A stretch of 64,000 bases of DNA, from positions 104,790-168,789 of IMG/VR virus record IMGVR_UViG_3300014202_000529; one strand, 5' to 3'. The notes under the pieces were generated by a model. That model had not been told where the DNA came from, searched no databases, and saw only the letters and a list, made by a program, of their open reading frames with translations. Shown one piece after another: positions 35,524 through 45,132 of the stretch; the stretch's first letter is position 1, and each line of letters opens with the position of its first letter. This stretch comes from a virus. Its lineage: Duplodnaviria; Caudoviricetes. A program made the translations under genes and the position numbers.

Positions 35524-37950
35524 CTATTCTGTTGCAATCATACCGATGAAGCGATTTACCAATACCCTACTAAACTGTTGTTTTTTCCCAGCTTTTACGA
35601 ATGCTGTCAACAGTCTGCCTGGTGTCCATGATTTTCCAGTGTCCACTATCAACCCATCTGACGCTTCCAGGTCACCAGATCCAGGAATAAAATAAAACCT
35701 ACTATATCCTGGTGTATACGACTCGATAAATTTTTCATTAATGAATCGTTCCCTCATTTTTGTAAAATGAACTGCATGCTCACCACTTGTTGAATCGAAT
35801 GTGAATTTAACTCCATCTTTATTATGATGTAGGTATGTCAGTGCAGACTTTAATTCTGATTGTCCTTTGTCGGTGATATAGAAACCATAGATGCCACTTC
35901 CAGTTGTCATTTGAAACCATCGCATGAGTGCGATGGTAAGACCGCGCCGCTCACCCCTTGGAAGACGAATGGTCAAATTCTCTTTCACATCATGAAGGGT
36001 GACTTGGTTATAACTACTAGATGAACTAAAGGTGTTCCTACTGTTGCGATAGTTGCCGGTATAGTAGCATGCATTCGAATCAGCATCCCCATCATGAATA
36101 ATAATGGTGTTGACGATATCGAGACCATGCTTTTTCTTAAACAGTCTGACCACATCGCGGGTACCAATCAAGGCTTCATGTAGTGGGGTCCCGCCCATCC
36201 CCTCATGATAAGGAATATCAAATTTCTTATACATTCCTAATCCATATGAAACCACCAATTGGTTGATCACAGATTCGGTAAATTTAGCATGGTTCATGGT
36301 GGAGTTGAGAATTTCTCGCAAATCAACATCCCGCGTATCCAGATCGCCCATGTTTTTGGTGAATGGTGTTAGTCCTTTGCGTATTCTATCTTCTCCGAAA
36401 TCATGCTGTTTTGTAGATCCGCTTGTTGATGTGAAAGTGAATGCAATAAATGGGATGTTCACTTTTCTACAGAACAATGCCAGAATTAACGTCTGCTCCA
36501 TTGCACCTTTAATGTGTTTTGCCATAGACCCAGACTTATCCATCAGTAGTACAAGACCATGTGATTTCCCGGCTTGCACCTTCATCATTTTTCTGAAGAT
36601 ATCATCAGACAGTCTATAGAATGGAAGTTTTTTTGTATCAATGTCTCCACTATCAGAGAGCTTGACCCGCTTAAAAGCTTTTGCTGCTTTCCTCATTTCA
36701 AACTCTTTGACGAGGAGCATAATGTAGTCATGATTCTTCTTTTTGAATTTGTTATAGAGATCTATGGCATCATTTCTAACTTCTTGGGTCTTGTAGACCT
36801 CTCGAATACCACTATTAACAGTGTCCGCGCTTGTCAATAGATCCTTTAAATTGACCTGCGGAATGTTCACATCGATATATTCCACATTATCAGTTTCAAT
36901 GAGATCATTTTCTTTTTTTCGAAATTCCTCATCGGTTCTGACCCTAGGGATGTAATCTTTTGTCATACCCCCTTTGGTACCATGATCTAATTCTTCGTTT
37001 TTTCCTTTGTTCTTCTGTCCCTTGTCCGACTCTCCTTTTTTTGACTTCTTTTGATTTACATCCGATTTCTTTTCTTGCGTATCCTCTTCACCGCCACCCC
37101 CATTATCGTTTCCATTTTCATCTTTTTCCCCCTGCTCATCCCCCTCACCCTCTTTACTTGACTTCCCTTCTTTACCATTTTCATCACTGCTTCCATCGGA
37201 ATCTTCTCCACCATCCTCATCAGATTCTTCCCCTTCATCGCCGTACTCATATTCATCAGACTCAACCTCATCAAAATCTTCCTCATCCATCATTTCTTGT
37301 TCTTCTTGTTCAGCTTCTTCAAGAAGTTCTTGCATGGTGCGGCTCATTTGCTCTTGCTTTGAGTTCTCACCCTCTTCTTGTTCCTTTTTTGAATACTCAT
37401 ATAGATCATACGCAAGCTGGGAGACTTCTTCCCAGGTGTGGACGGTCATCATTCTGTTATAAAAGACCTTCTCATGATCTTTGAACCGAATGTCAACAAG
37501 GGTACCCAACTTTGCAGACATGTTGAGCTTATCAATAAGATACATTTCGTTATAATTGTCTATGCTCGATGTACCGAAAAAATCACGTTGCAGGAGACTC
37601 TTATAACCGTTCATCATCGGTTTTCTGATACCAGGAAACTTTTCCTTTAAGAACCGTTCAATCCGAGCATCTTCAACAACATTCAGAAAATTACGGAATG
37701 CTTTGTTCCTGGGTCCCTGTTCGATAACATCATGCCATCCCTCTGGTGGGGTGTGGAGTGCATGTGAAATTTCATGACCCAAAAGAAGGTCATACAAATC
37801 CCCATCCATATCTTTCCAGACTGGACAGGTGAGAGTTCTAGTTTTGAGATTGAATCGAGCAGTGCGAGCTTGTTTATGAACTACATTGATGTTCTCAGTA
37901 GCCATAAGCTTTGCGAGGAGTGTTTTTTCTTCTACAGTGGTGGATTGCAT
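35524..37950 (-). CDS. CobT-like protein: HExxH metallopeptidase + acidic linker + vWA domain
   Basis: LAKLMATENI, GHEISHAL, NVVEDARIE, D/E/G-rich linker, MIDAS DKSGSM, GGTPL, HDG. Confidence 0.88.
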   Translation of the reverse strand: MQSTTVEEKTLLAKLMATENINVVHKQARTARFNLKTRTLTCPVWKDMDGDLYDLLLGHEISHALHTPPEGWHDVIEQGPRNKAFRNFLNVVEDARIERFLKEKFPGIRKPMMNGYKSLLQRDFFGTSSIDNYNEMYLIDKLNMSAKLGTLVDIRFKDHEKVFYNRMMTVHTWEEVSQLAYDLYEYSKKEQEEGENSKQEQMSRTMQELLEEAEQEEQEMMDEEDFDEVESDEYEYGDEGEESDEDGGEDSDGSSDENGKEGKSSKEGEGDEQGEKDENGNDNGGGGEEDTQEKKSDVNQKKSKKGESDKGQKNKGKNEELDHGTKGGMTKDYIPRVRTDEEFRKKENDLIETDNVEYIDVNIPQVNLKDLLTSADTVNSGIREVYKTQEVRNDAIDLYNKFKKKNHDYIMLLVKEFEMRKAAKAFKRVKLSDSGDIDTKKLPFYRLSDDIFRKMMKVQAGKSHGLVLLMDKSGSMAKHIKGAMEQTLILALFCRKVNIPFIAFTFTSTSGSTKQHDFGEDRIRKGLTPFTKNMGDLDTRDVDLREILNSTMNHAKFTESVINQLVVSYGLGMYKKFDIPYHEGMGGTPLHEALIGTRDVVRLFKKKHGLDIVNTIIIHDGDADSNACYYTGNYRNSRNTFSSSSSYNQVTLHDVKENLTIRLPRGERRGLTIALMRWFQMTTGSGIYGFYITDKGQSELKSALTYLHHNKDGVKFTFDSTSGEHAVHFTKMRERFINEKFIESYTPGYSRFYFIPGSGDLEASDGLIVDTGKSWTPGRLLTAFVKAGKKQQFSRVLVNRFIGMIATE

Positions 37951-37977
37951 TATGAATAACCCCCTTGTTATGTGAGG

Positions 37978-38006
37978 AGATTATCATACTAGGGTGGGAG
38001 TGTCAA
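37978..38006 (-). promoter_or_regulatory. sigma70-type promoter (extended -10)
   Basis: TTGACA-N17-TAATCT with TG upstream of the -10 box. Confidence 0.6.
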
Positions 38007-39595
38007 GACTTGGGTTTCTGAAAAATGAAGATAGGTTCGTATTTCCTCCATAACCCATCGACTTTACAGGCATTTTTGAACTTTGGTACCCCATTTTCAT
38101 CAATCCGATTGCTTCCTTGTGACTGGGCAAGGGTCATTTTTAGGGTTTCTAGATGCACCATCCCTAGGTTTTTGAGTATATCGATGGAATCCTGCTCCAA
38201 AGGTAGTGTTTTACCAGAAAACACAACATCAGATATGTTCCAAGCGAGATACCCCCCTTCTCTGAGCCACAGAACCGCTGTTTTAAGCGTTTCTTTTAAG
38301 AATGACTCCTTCCATTGATCGTACTGTGAAAACCGTTTATATGACTGTTGTGCGTCTTCTGAGTATGCTTCCTTAGCGAAGTAGGGGGGACTGGTGAATA
38401 CGAGAGATAGTTTACCTCGGTAGGACTGAAATTCAGGATCAAATTGCATATCCTCAGACCCTTTTTGCCAAAATTTAAACTGGGTTCCGACATAGTTCCA
38501 TTGCTGTTCAAATGGATTAGTGGGAATGGTATTTCGGCATAAATCGAATATTTCATGATATTTTGTTCGTCCTGGTGTGGTGTTATGATCTGTGTTCGGA
38601 TCATTACCCAGGTACACCAAGCGATGTTGGGTTTCGACGGTCATTGCACCAAGTAGGCGACCACCCCAACCACTTGACGGGTCCCATACATAAATTTTTT
38701 CTTCGTTTGTCCATTCCTTGGTATAACGCTCGTAGATATATTTTGCGATAGGGGGCGGAAAGTTGACCGCGTACTGACAGAAAGAAACGCGAAATGCTTT
38801 AAACCCTGCAGGAAATATCCGTTGACCTTTTTTGAAGATACGGATAATGAATGTATCAGACTTAGCAAATGCAATATTGGTCATACAAGAGGGACGAATG
38901 ATTCCCCTGAGGCTTTCAATTTCGTCCTTTGTAACCGTCAGATCGATTTTTGTTTTAATATCCTCATTGTACCCACTGTAGGTAGCGTTGTCTGAATTCT
39001 TTCCACATAACCAATAGTCCCAATGTTTTTTTGTGTTCTTGGATTCAAACTCTCTGATCCAATCGACCCCATTGCGGCATTTTGGTAGATTGCTCCCCTC
39101 TGGTAGATCATCAATGCGAAGGGGAGTAGAGTAGTTATAGAACCCATCTCTCTTGAAATGTCGGTGCGCGTAGTTGTGGAATGATTCAAGAAGTTCTGGT
39201 TTGGAAAAATAATCATAGATTGATTTACCAGCATCAACGTCTGTAGTATAGTTGATTCTGGTTTTCATCATAGTTGGAAAAAATTGGTTGACGGAGTTTC
39301 CTAAACTATTAAACCCAGAACTGAGAACGTCCGTTGAGTTGGTGAGCTGGTCTCTTTTGATCAATTGTGAGGCATTGAATTTTTTAAGATCGGATATTTG
39401 CTGCAGCATTTCGTCTGTAGTGAATCCAACTCTGGGGGGTTGGTTTTCTTCATCCCAAAGTCGTTTGATTTCTGTGCGAAGGTCAACAACCCATTCTCGA
39501 AAGGTTTCTGGTGTCATCCAGAGAACTTGCTCGAATGTTTTATTGATATCTGATTCTAGGAATTTGGTGTTTTTCTCGTAGTACCATTTACCCAT
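38003..39595 (-). CDS. DNA amino-methyltransferase-like protein with large N-terminal extension
   Basis: SAM motif WDPSSGWGGRLLG; catalytic FTSPPYF. Confidence 0.8.
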   Translation of the reverse strand: MGKWYYEKNTKFLESDINKTFEQVLWMTPETFREWVVDLRTEIKRLWDEENQPPRVGFTTDEMLQQISDLKKFNASQLIKRDQLTNSTDVLSSGFNSLGNSVNQFFPTMMKTRINYTTDVDAGKSIYDYFSKPELLESFHNYAHRHFKRDGFYNYSTPLRIDDLPEGSNLPKCRNGVDWIREFESKNTKKHWDYWLCGKNSDNATYSGYNEDIKTKIDLTVTKDEIESLRGIIRPSCMTNIAFAKSDTFIIRIFKKGQRIFPAGFKAFRVSFCQYAVNFPPPIAKYIYERYTKEWTNEEKIYVWDPSSGWGGRLLGAMTVETQHRLVYLGNDPNTDHNTTPGRTKYHEIFDLCRNTIPTNPFEQQWNYVGTQFKFWQKGSEDMQFDPEFQSYRGKLSLVFTSPPYFAKEAYSEDAQQSYKRFSQYDQWKESFLKETLKTAVLWLREGGYLAWNISDVVFSGKTLPLEQDSIDILKNLGMVHLETLKMTLAQSQGSNRIDENGVPKFKNACKVDGLWRKYEPIFIFQKPKS

Positions 39596-39598
39596 AGA

Positions 39599-39985
39599 TC
39601 ACATCAACGTAACAAATTCAGTAATTTCTAATTTTGAACTCACAAGAATAACCTTTGCTCCTCTGGATCTTGCATAGTCTACCATATGCTTTGTTCCTTT
39701 GGAAGAGCTGAGTTTATCATGAAACGCAATAACAAGATCCGGGTTAGACTTCTTAAACATTTCTATGTTTCTGATTGGACCTGCTGCCTTACCATGAGCA
39801 TCCCAGTTTGCGCGGAAAACCTTTATCGGTAAGTATAGTGCTTCTGCTGCTTCGCCGGCAAGGGTATCTGCACCGCGAGCACCACCATGAACGATCAATG
39901 TAGCTTTATTTTGGTATTGTTGTAACGTGGTGTATATTGCGAGAAAATCTGTCCAGTTTCTATCACCACATGCAAGAATGATCAT
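39599..39985 (-). CDS. SLOG-superfamily protein (YspA/DUF2493-like)
   Basis: CGDRNW, HGGARGAD, AAGPIRN, SKGTKHM. Confidence 0.85.
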   Translation of the reverse strand: MIILACGDRNWTDFLAIYTTLQQYQNKATLIVHGGARGADTLAGEAAEALYLPIKVFRANWDAHGKAAGPIRNIEMFKKSNPDLVIAFHDKLSSSKGTKHMVDYARSRGAKVILVSSKLEITEFVTLM

Positions 39986-39992
39986 AATGAGC

Positions 39993-40634
39993 CTATATAG
40001 TTGGGATTGTTCCGTTGTTTGCAGCCTGGGAGAGTGACCCCAAATCAACACATGAAGACACACCAGCTTTATAGAGAGTCATGGCTTCTGAGACATTTGC
40101 ATACAGAGATTTTACACCATGATCTGTTGGGTCCCATTGTACGGTTGATCGAGTTGCGATTCCATAAGATGATCCAGCATGAAATGCATCAATGTTCGCT
40201 CCAAGAAAAACAAACTTCCAGTTATACACTTCTTCCTGGTGTTTAATTCGATCCTTCACATCTGAGAGGGTGTATGTCTTAGAAGAGTTCTCATAACCAT
40301 CAGTGACAATCACCACCACAACCTTATCGGGTCTTTCTTCTTCTGGTTTTTCCGACAACCACTTACCCTCTTCTTCTGTCGCCATACACACTGCATCGTT
40401 GAGTGCTGTCCCTCCGTATGGTGTGTATGATGAACCATTTAATTCAGTGAACACAACCTTTGGTGAGGTTTTTTCGCTAAACTTATAAAGAGCAGTTGTG
40501 AAGTCACCTGGATCTTGTTTCTGTTTATTCACCAACGAGTTAATCCCCTCAATAGTAGCATCCTTAACACCACCCATTGAACCGGACTCATCTAATACCA
40601 AAATCATATGGGTATAATTTTGTTTCATGGTCAT
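39993..40634 (-). CDS. vWA-domain protein
   Basis: LDESGSM, GGTALNDA, VTDGYENSS, FLGANIDA. Confidence 0.88.
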   Translation of the reverse strand: MTMKQNYTHMILVLDESGSMGGVKDATIEGINSLVNKQKQDPGDFTTALYKFSEKTSPKVVFTELNGSSYTPYGGTALNDAVCMATEEEGKWLSEKPEEERPDKVVVVIVTDGYENSSKTYTLSDVKDRIKHQEEVYNWKFVFLGANIDAFHAGSSYGIATRSTVQWDPTDHGVKSLYANVSEAMTLYKAGVSSCVDLGSLSQAANNGTIPTI

Positions 40635-41236
40635 GCTCCCCTTCGCTGTTTATATTCAACAATTCTTTTCATTTTCTTAAATAACTTCTGCTTCTTTTTC
40701 TTTGCCATCTGAAGGGTCAAACTACCAACCATTGTGGTGTATACGTGTCCACAAAGATGGTCATATTCATGTTGAAATACCCTAGCAGTAACCCCAGTAT
40801 ATGTTTCCTCTTGCCGTCTTCCGTCCACAGTATAGAATGCGACCTTTATTGTCTTGTGACGGACCACAGGCAACACAAGTCCAGGGTATGAGAGACATCC
40901 TTCTTTTTCTCGAACGGTTTCATCAGACCGTTCTAGGATGGTCGGATTGATAACAACGATTCCCCCAGCCATAACAAACATTCGACACACTACACCGCAT
41001 TGGTTTGCAGCGAGACCTGCTCCACCATAATGGTTCATGGTAGCGATTAATCGCTCTGCGAGTTCCCCTAAGTCCTTTGGTGCTTGGGAGAAGTCAACTT
41101 CGGGCATTCTTTTTGCAAGAAGGGGATTTGTTTCACTGTAAAGGGGAAGGATTTCCACCTTCTTCTTTATGATTTCGGGTGAGTTTGTTGTGTTGTAGAC
41201 GAACGATTTAGGTTGAACTTCAGGTGTCGTATCCAT
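40631..41236 (-). CDS. def: Peptide deformylase
   Basis: GAGLAANQCG, EGCLS, QHEYDHL. Confidence 0.95.
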   Translation of the reverse strand: MDTTPEVQPKSFVYNTTNSPEIIKKKVEILPLYSETNPLLAKRMPEVDFSQAPKDLGELAERLIATMNHYGGAGLAANQCGVVCRMFVMAGGIVVINPTILERSDETVREKEGCLSYPGLVLPVVRHKTIKVAFYTVDGRRQEETYTGVTARVFQHEYDHLCGHVYTTMVGSLTLQMAKKKKQKLFKKMKRIVEYKQRRGA

Positions 41237-41258
41237 GATTACCCCACAAAAATAATGT

Positions 41259-41287
41259 ATTATAGTAGATTAAGGTACCACTGTCAA
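41259..41287 (-). promoter_or_regulatory. sigma70 consensus promoter
   Basis: TTGACA-N17-TATAAT. Confidence 0.85.
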
Positions 41288-42996
41288 GAAACTATATGAG
41301 AAAAGTTTTGTTGTTTTGCAAATTTCACTACATGACTAAATTTATCCTGCAAGATATCTCCGCGATGAGATATCACAAATACATTTGTGTTTTCGAGGTT
41401 GTGAAGGATCTTCATGAGTTCGTCTGCGCCACTGTGGTCCATTGAAGAATCAAATATTTCATCAAGGATGAGGAGATTTGTATTAGCTGAGTTTTTTAGT
41501 TTAGCAATAGAGCGCCAGGTTAACATGAGCGCCATATCAATGCGTTGTTTCTCCCCCTCGGAAAACGATGCATACGAGAAATCATCCCGATACCTAGATT
41601 TGATGGTTTCTTTGAATGACTCATCTAGGTTGAAATTGACAAAGAAATCCATGCTAGCAAGATATTTATTCACTAGAGTGTTGATGATTGGTAGATATTG
41701 TTTCACAATCTTTGTTTTAATTCCTGTATCTTTAAGAAGAGCATTCGCAACCGTATGATACTCCATCAATTCCAACATTTCCTTTTTCTGCTTCTCTAGT
41801 GACTCTAGTTCATCCGTGTGCTCCTGAAGTCTTTCTTGTTCCCTTTCCGTTGAATCATGTTTGGTTTGAACTGAGGATATCTTATCCTGCAAATTTTTAA
41901 TGGATTTTTTAATATGGTTGATAGCAGTTGTGTGTTCAGCAATTCTAATAGAGTGTGTCGATATGCATTTCTCTACTGATTCAATCTCAGCGAGTCTTGC
42001 TTGATACCCCTTTATCTTCTCTTCTAGTTGCTGTAGTCCCCCCTCACATTCACCAATTTTACCTGATAGACCGTCAAGCTGAGCTGCTTTGAATGCTTCT
42101 TCTATTGTCTGTGCGCATGTTGGACAAGTCTCTTCTGTTTCAAAGAATGATTTTGTTTTCTTGTGTTTTGATAGGTTGTGTTCGATCTGTGTTTCTAATT
42201 GGCTGATTTTCTTTAATGATGTTTGAACCTTTTGTTTGTCAGTGATGGTTGATTGTAGGTCAACAATCGCTTTTTTATCATCGTCCACTTCTTTCTGTAA
42301 TTTAACTATGTCCTGCTTATGGTTGGTGATCTCAGTTTGGTACTCTGAGATTAAATTTTCCACCCCCTGCTGGGCTTCTGAGATATACCTCTTCCGTATG
42401 ATAATTTTCTCCTGTGTGCTATCGATCAATAACCTATTCTCCATTCTCTTGTCATCTAACTCAGCTTGTCTTTTTTTAACTAGGTTATTCATCAAAGAAA
42501 ATATCTGGATATCTAAAAGGTCTTCGATGATGGAGCGCCTGTCCCCTGCAGAAAGCTGCATGAAGGGGGTAAACGAAGCAGACCCCAATATGACAATTTG
42601 AGTAAAGGATTTATAATTTAACTTGAGAATGAATGACTCAAGATATTCTTGGTAATCCTTTGCCTCAGCGTCTTGGTTGAGGAGTTCCGAGTCTTTATAG
42701 ATTTCAAATATGGTTGGTTTTATCCCTCGGATAACCTTGAACTTATGATTTTCAGTGTGAAAGTATACCTCTACTACAGTATCCTTCTGGTTGATGGAGT
42801 TAGTCAATGATGGTTTGTTAATATTTCTGAATGGTTTATTGTAGAGAGCAAAGCATAGGGCATCAAGCATGGTGGATTTACCAGAACCATTTTCACCCAC
42901 TACAAGGGTGTTCTGAGATTTAGATAAATCGATGTCAATCCAATAGTTGCCGGTGCTAAGGAAGTTTTTCCATCTAATTCTTGTAAATACTATCAT
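41284..42996 (-). CDS. gp46: Recombination nuclease ATPase subunit (Rad50/SbcC-like)
   Basis: GENGSGKS, Zn hook CPTC, FSEGEKQRID, LDEIFD, SH. Confidence 0.96.
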   Translation of the reverse strand: MIVFTRIRWKNFLSTGNYWIDIDLSKSQNTLVVGENGSGKSTMLDALCFALYNKPFRNINKPSLTNSINQKDTVVEVYFHTENHKFKVIRGIKPTIFEIYKDSELLNQDAEAKDYQEYLESFILKLNYKSFTQIVILGSASFTPFMQLSAGDRRSIIEDLLDIQIFSLMNNLVKKRQAELDDKRMENRLLIDSTQEKIIIRKRYISEAQQGVENLISEYQTEITNHKQDIVKLQKEVDDDKKAIVDLQSTITDKQKVQTSLKKISQLETQIEHNLSKHKKTKSFFETEETCPTCAQTIEEAFKAAQLDGLSGKIGECEGGLQQLEEKIKGYQARLAEIESVEKCISTHSIRIAEHTTAINHIKKSIKNLQDKISSVQTKHDSTEREQERLQEHTDELESLEKQKKEMLELMEYHTVANALLKDTGIKTKIVKQYLPIINTLVNKYLASMDFFVNFNLDESFKETIKSRYRDDFSYASFSEGEKQRIDMALMLTWRSIAKLKNSANTNLLILDEIFDSSMDHSGADELMKILHNLENTNVFVISHRGDILQDKFSHVVKFAKQQNFSHIVS

Positions 42997-44069
42997 TGTG
43001 CAGACATCTCCGTTAGTGCTTCATTGTAAAGTTCCTGCAGCATCGCTTTGAGCTTATCAACCTCAACCCCATCAGGTACCTTCATCGCGTCAATACAGTT
43101 TCTTATGATGGTGATGGTGTCTTCTGCTTGATCGACTGTGTTAGTTGATTCTAGCTTATTCTCAGTGTAATCCTCAACGATTGTCACATCAATTGGTGCT
43201 GCTTTATAAAGAGCATCCATGACTGTATCAAATAGATAGGGATTTTGTTTTTTCACCACTACAACTTTTACATATGAGTTAGCAAATTTAGAAAGGTCTT
43301 GTGCCTTCCAGTAGTCATAGTTTTGATTCCCATCATCATAGATCAACCGGAAGAATAGACGATAGGGGTTCTGAATGAATGTTAACTCTCTCGTATCGGT
43401 GTCAAATATATGAAACCCTCTGGTGTCGTTGTAGTCTGCCCAGGTGATTTCATATTGGTTACCAAGATAGTAGATGGTCCCGTCGCTTGATTTGTGGTGA
43501 AAGTGTCCACTGATAACCATATCATATTTGTCAAAGAGTTCTTTTGGGTGTCCCTCAAGACAAACATTCCCTCGGTCCATTTCGAATCCAGCAATCTCAA
43601 GGTGTCCAAAAATGATAGGAGCATCGCAGTCAGTGAGAAATTTAAACGCAGCTTCTTTGTTTCCGCTATTGATCCAGGGGACAAGCGCAACAGGAAGACC
43701 GTCATATTCTACTTTACATGGTTCCTGGTAGATCTTAATGTTTGGGTATCTCCCAAGCAATTCACTAAGAGCATTGACCCTGTTGGTGTTTCTGTAGTAA
43801 ACGTCATGGTTACCACAGAGCATATCAATGGGTAAGTTGAACTCTGATTCGATTCTATCAAAGAATTCAGTTTGCCACTTGTGCCATATAGAGAAGTTGA
43901 TAAACTTTCTTCGGTCCACCACATCACCCAAATGAACAATACGATCAATCTTGTGCGTTTTGAGTGCGGGAAAGAACACATTATTCCAGAACCGAAAGAA
44001 GTAATCGTTAATGTGGGGGTTATCACCGCGAGCGCCGGCGTGAGTGTCGTTGATCAAAGCTATTTTCAT
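42993..44069 (-). CDS. gp47: Recombination nuclease subunit (Mre11/SbcD-like)
   Basis: DTHAG, LGDVVD, GNHD, GHLE, SGHFH. Confidence 0.96.
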   Translation of the reverse strand: MKIALINDTHAGARGDNPHINDYFFRFWNNVFFPALKTHKIDRIVHLGDVVDRRKFINFSIWHKWQTEFFDRIESEFNLPIDMLCGNHDVYYRNTNRVNALSELLGRYPNIKIYQEPCKVEYDGLPVALVPWINSGNKEAAFKFLTDCDAPIIFGHLEIAGFEMDRGNVCLEGHPKELFDKYDMVISGHFHHKSSDGTIYYLGNQYEITWADYNDTRGFHIFDTDTRELTFIQNPYRLFFRLIYDDGNQNYDYWKAQDLSKFANSYVKVVVVKKQNPYLFDTVMDALYKAAPIDVTIVEDYTENKLESTNTVDQAEDTITIIRNCIDAMKVPDGVEVDKLKAMLQELYNEALTEMSAQ

Positions 44070-44626
44070 TATCTATCACCCATGAAACGAAGGATTCCGA
44101 TTGACATGGTTTTTGTTGGTTTTTTGATTTTTCTCATCTTTTGTTTCTTGCTCTTCTCGAATGCAATAATGAAGTCATTGATATTTTCATACACTTTGAA
44201 GTTATGATCCTCTTGACCTATCTCTGTGGTATCCCCCTGTTTCACATCCTGCAGGAGACCAAGTTGCTCGGTTGCTTTATATCTAGTGTAGAGCTGCTTC
44301 TTTTCACTACCAATCTTTCTAAGAAAAGCGAAGTAGATGATCTGTGTGAAATATGCAAATGGGTTCTTAGATTTCAGTGGGTTGAAGTTGTCAACAGAGC
44401 GGAGACAATTTTCAACAGCATCAGATATCATATCCTCTCTGAATGTGTAGCTGGCAAAATTTGGTTTCCTGGACAGATTCTCAGCGATCTTGAGGAAGCA
44501 TTGTCCGATATATTCATCAAGTTGAGGAAGAGGTTTCTTTTTCTTCCTCGATTCGGCAACCTGTTTCCTATACTGGATGAGGGCAGCTAGGAAGTTTTTA
44601 TTGTTGATATAGTGATCTTGTGCCAT
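44069..44626 (-). CDS. gp55: Late transcription sigma factor
   Basis: HYINNKNF, YTFREDMISD, NPFAYFTQI. Confidence 0.95.
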   Translation of the reverse strand: MAQDHYINNKNFLAALIQYRKQVAESRKKKKPLPQLDEYIGQCFLKIAENLSRKPNFASYTFREDMISDAVENCLRSVDNFNPLKSKNPFAYFTQIIYFAFLRKIGSEKKQLYTRYKATEQLGLLQDVKQGDTTEIGQEDHNFKVYENINDFIIAFEKSKKQKMRKIKKPTKTMSIGILRFMGDR

Positions 44627-44637
44627 AATTAATCCTT

Positions 44638-45132
44638 TCAATGGGTGACGGTTGAGTCACCCCATGCACTATCTTCTTCGAAGAGCTGTATGAGAGCGTC
44701 GGATAATTCTGTGTCAATTGGTGATTGTGTTTTTCTTTGTTGATCCTTACTTATCTTACTTCGCTTTGCGTAGTTCTCGCCCATTTTGTCTATTTGACTG
44801 TCAAAGAGCCTTTTGAACTCAGTCAACTTATCATTCTCCTCCGCTGCCCAGTGCTTGTAAAATTTACAGAGAGATTTGGAAGGTACCACTTCCCCTACTA
44901 TGAATGACTGCGGGATGATGATGTCAACACTATCTAGTAGCTCATTGGGGAGCCAGGGGTAAAGCATAAATCCCAGTGGTCCGCTCGAACTTCTTTTTGT
45001 GACAACCTCTGCTGGGCTGTTAATATGCACAGAGCTTTCTTTTCCTAGTATTTGGAGTTTACCTATCACAATCACCCCAGACACCAACATAAACATGCGA
45101 ATTTGAGAAGACGTATCTTCCGTTACATCCAT
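44638..45132 (-). CDS. Hypothetical protein between uvsW and gp55
   Basis: Syntenic ORF with a PW motif. Confidence 0.7.
   Translation of the reverse strand: MDVTEDTSSQIRMFMLVSGVIVIGKLQILGKESSVHINSPAEVVTKRSSSGPLGFMLYPWLPNELLDSVDIIIPQSFIVGEVVPSKSLCKFYKHWAAEENDKLTEFKRLFDSQIDKMGENYAKRSKISKDQQRKTQSPIDTELSDALIQLFEEDSAWGDSTVTH

Noticed and set aside
36950-37400. Low-complexity purine-rich stretch
   Set aside because: It encodes the acidic D/E/G/K linker of the CobT-like protein; not a DNA repeat element
34241-37950. cobS/cobT as cobalamin biosynthesis auxiliary genes
   Set aside because: No cobN or other cob genes in the window; the architecture fits the generic phage MoxR-vWA pair
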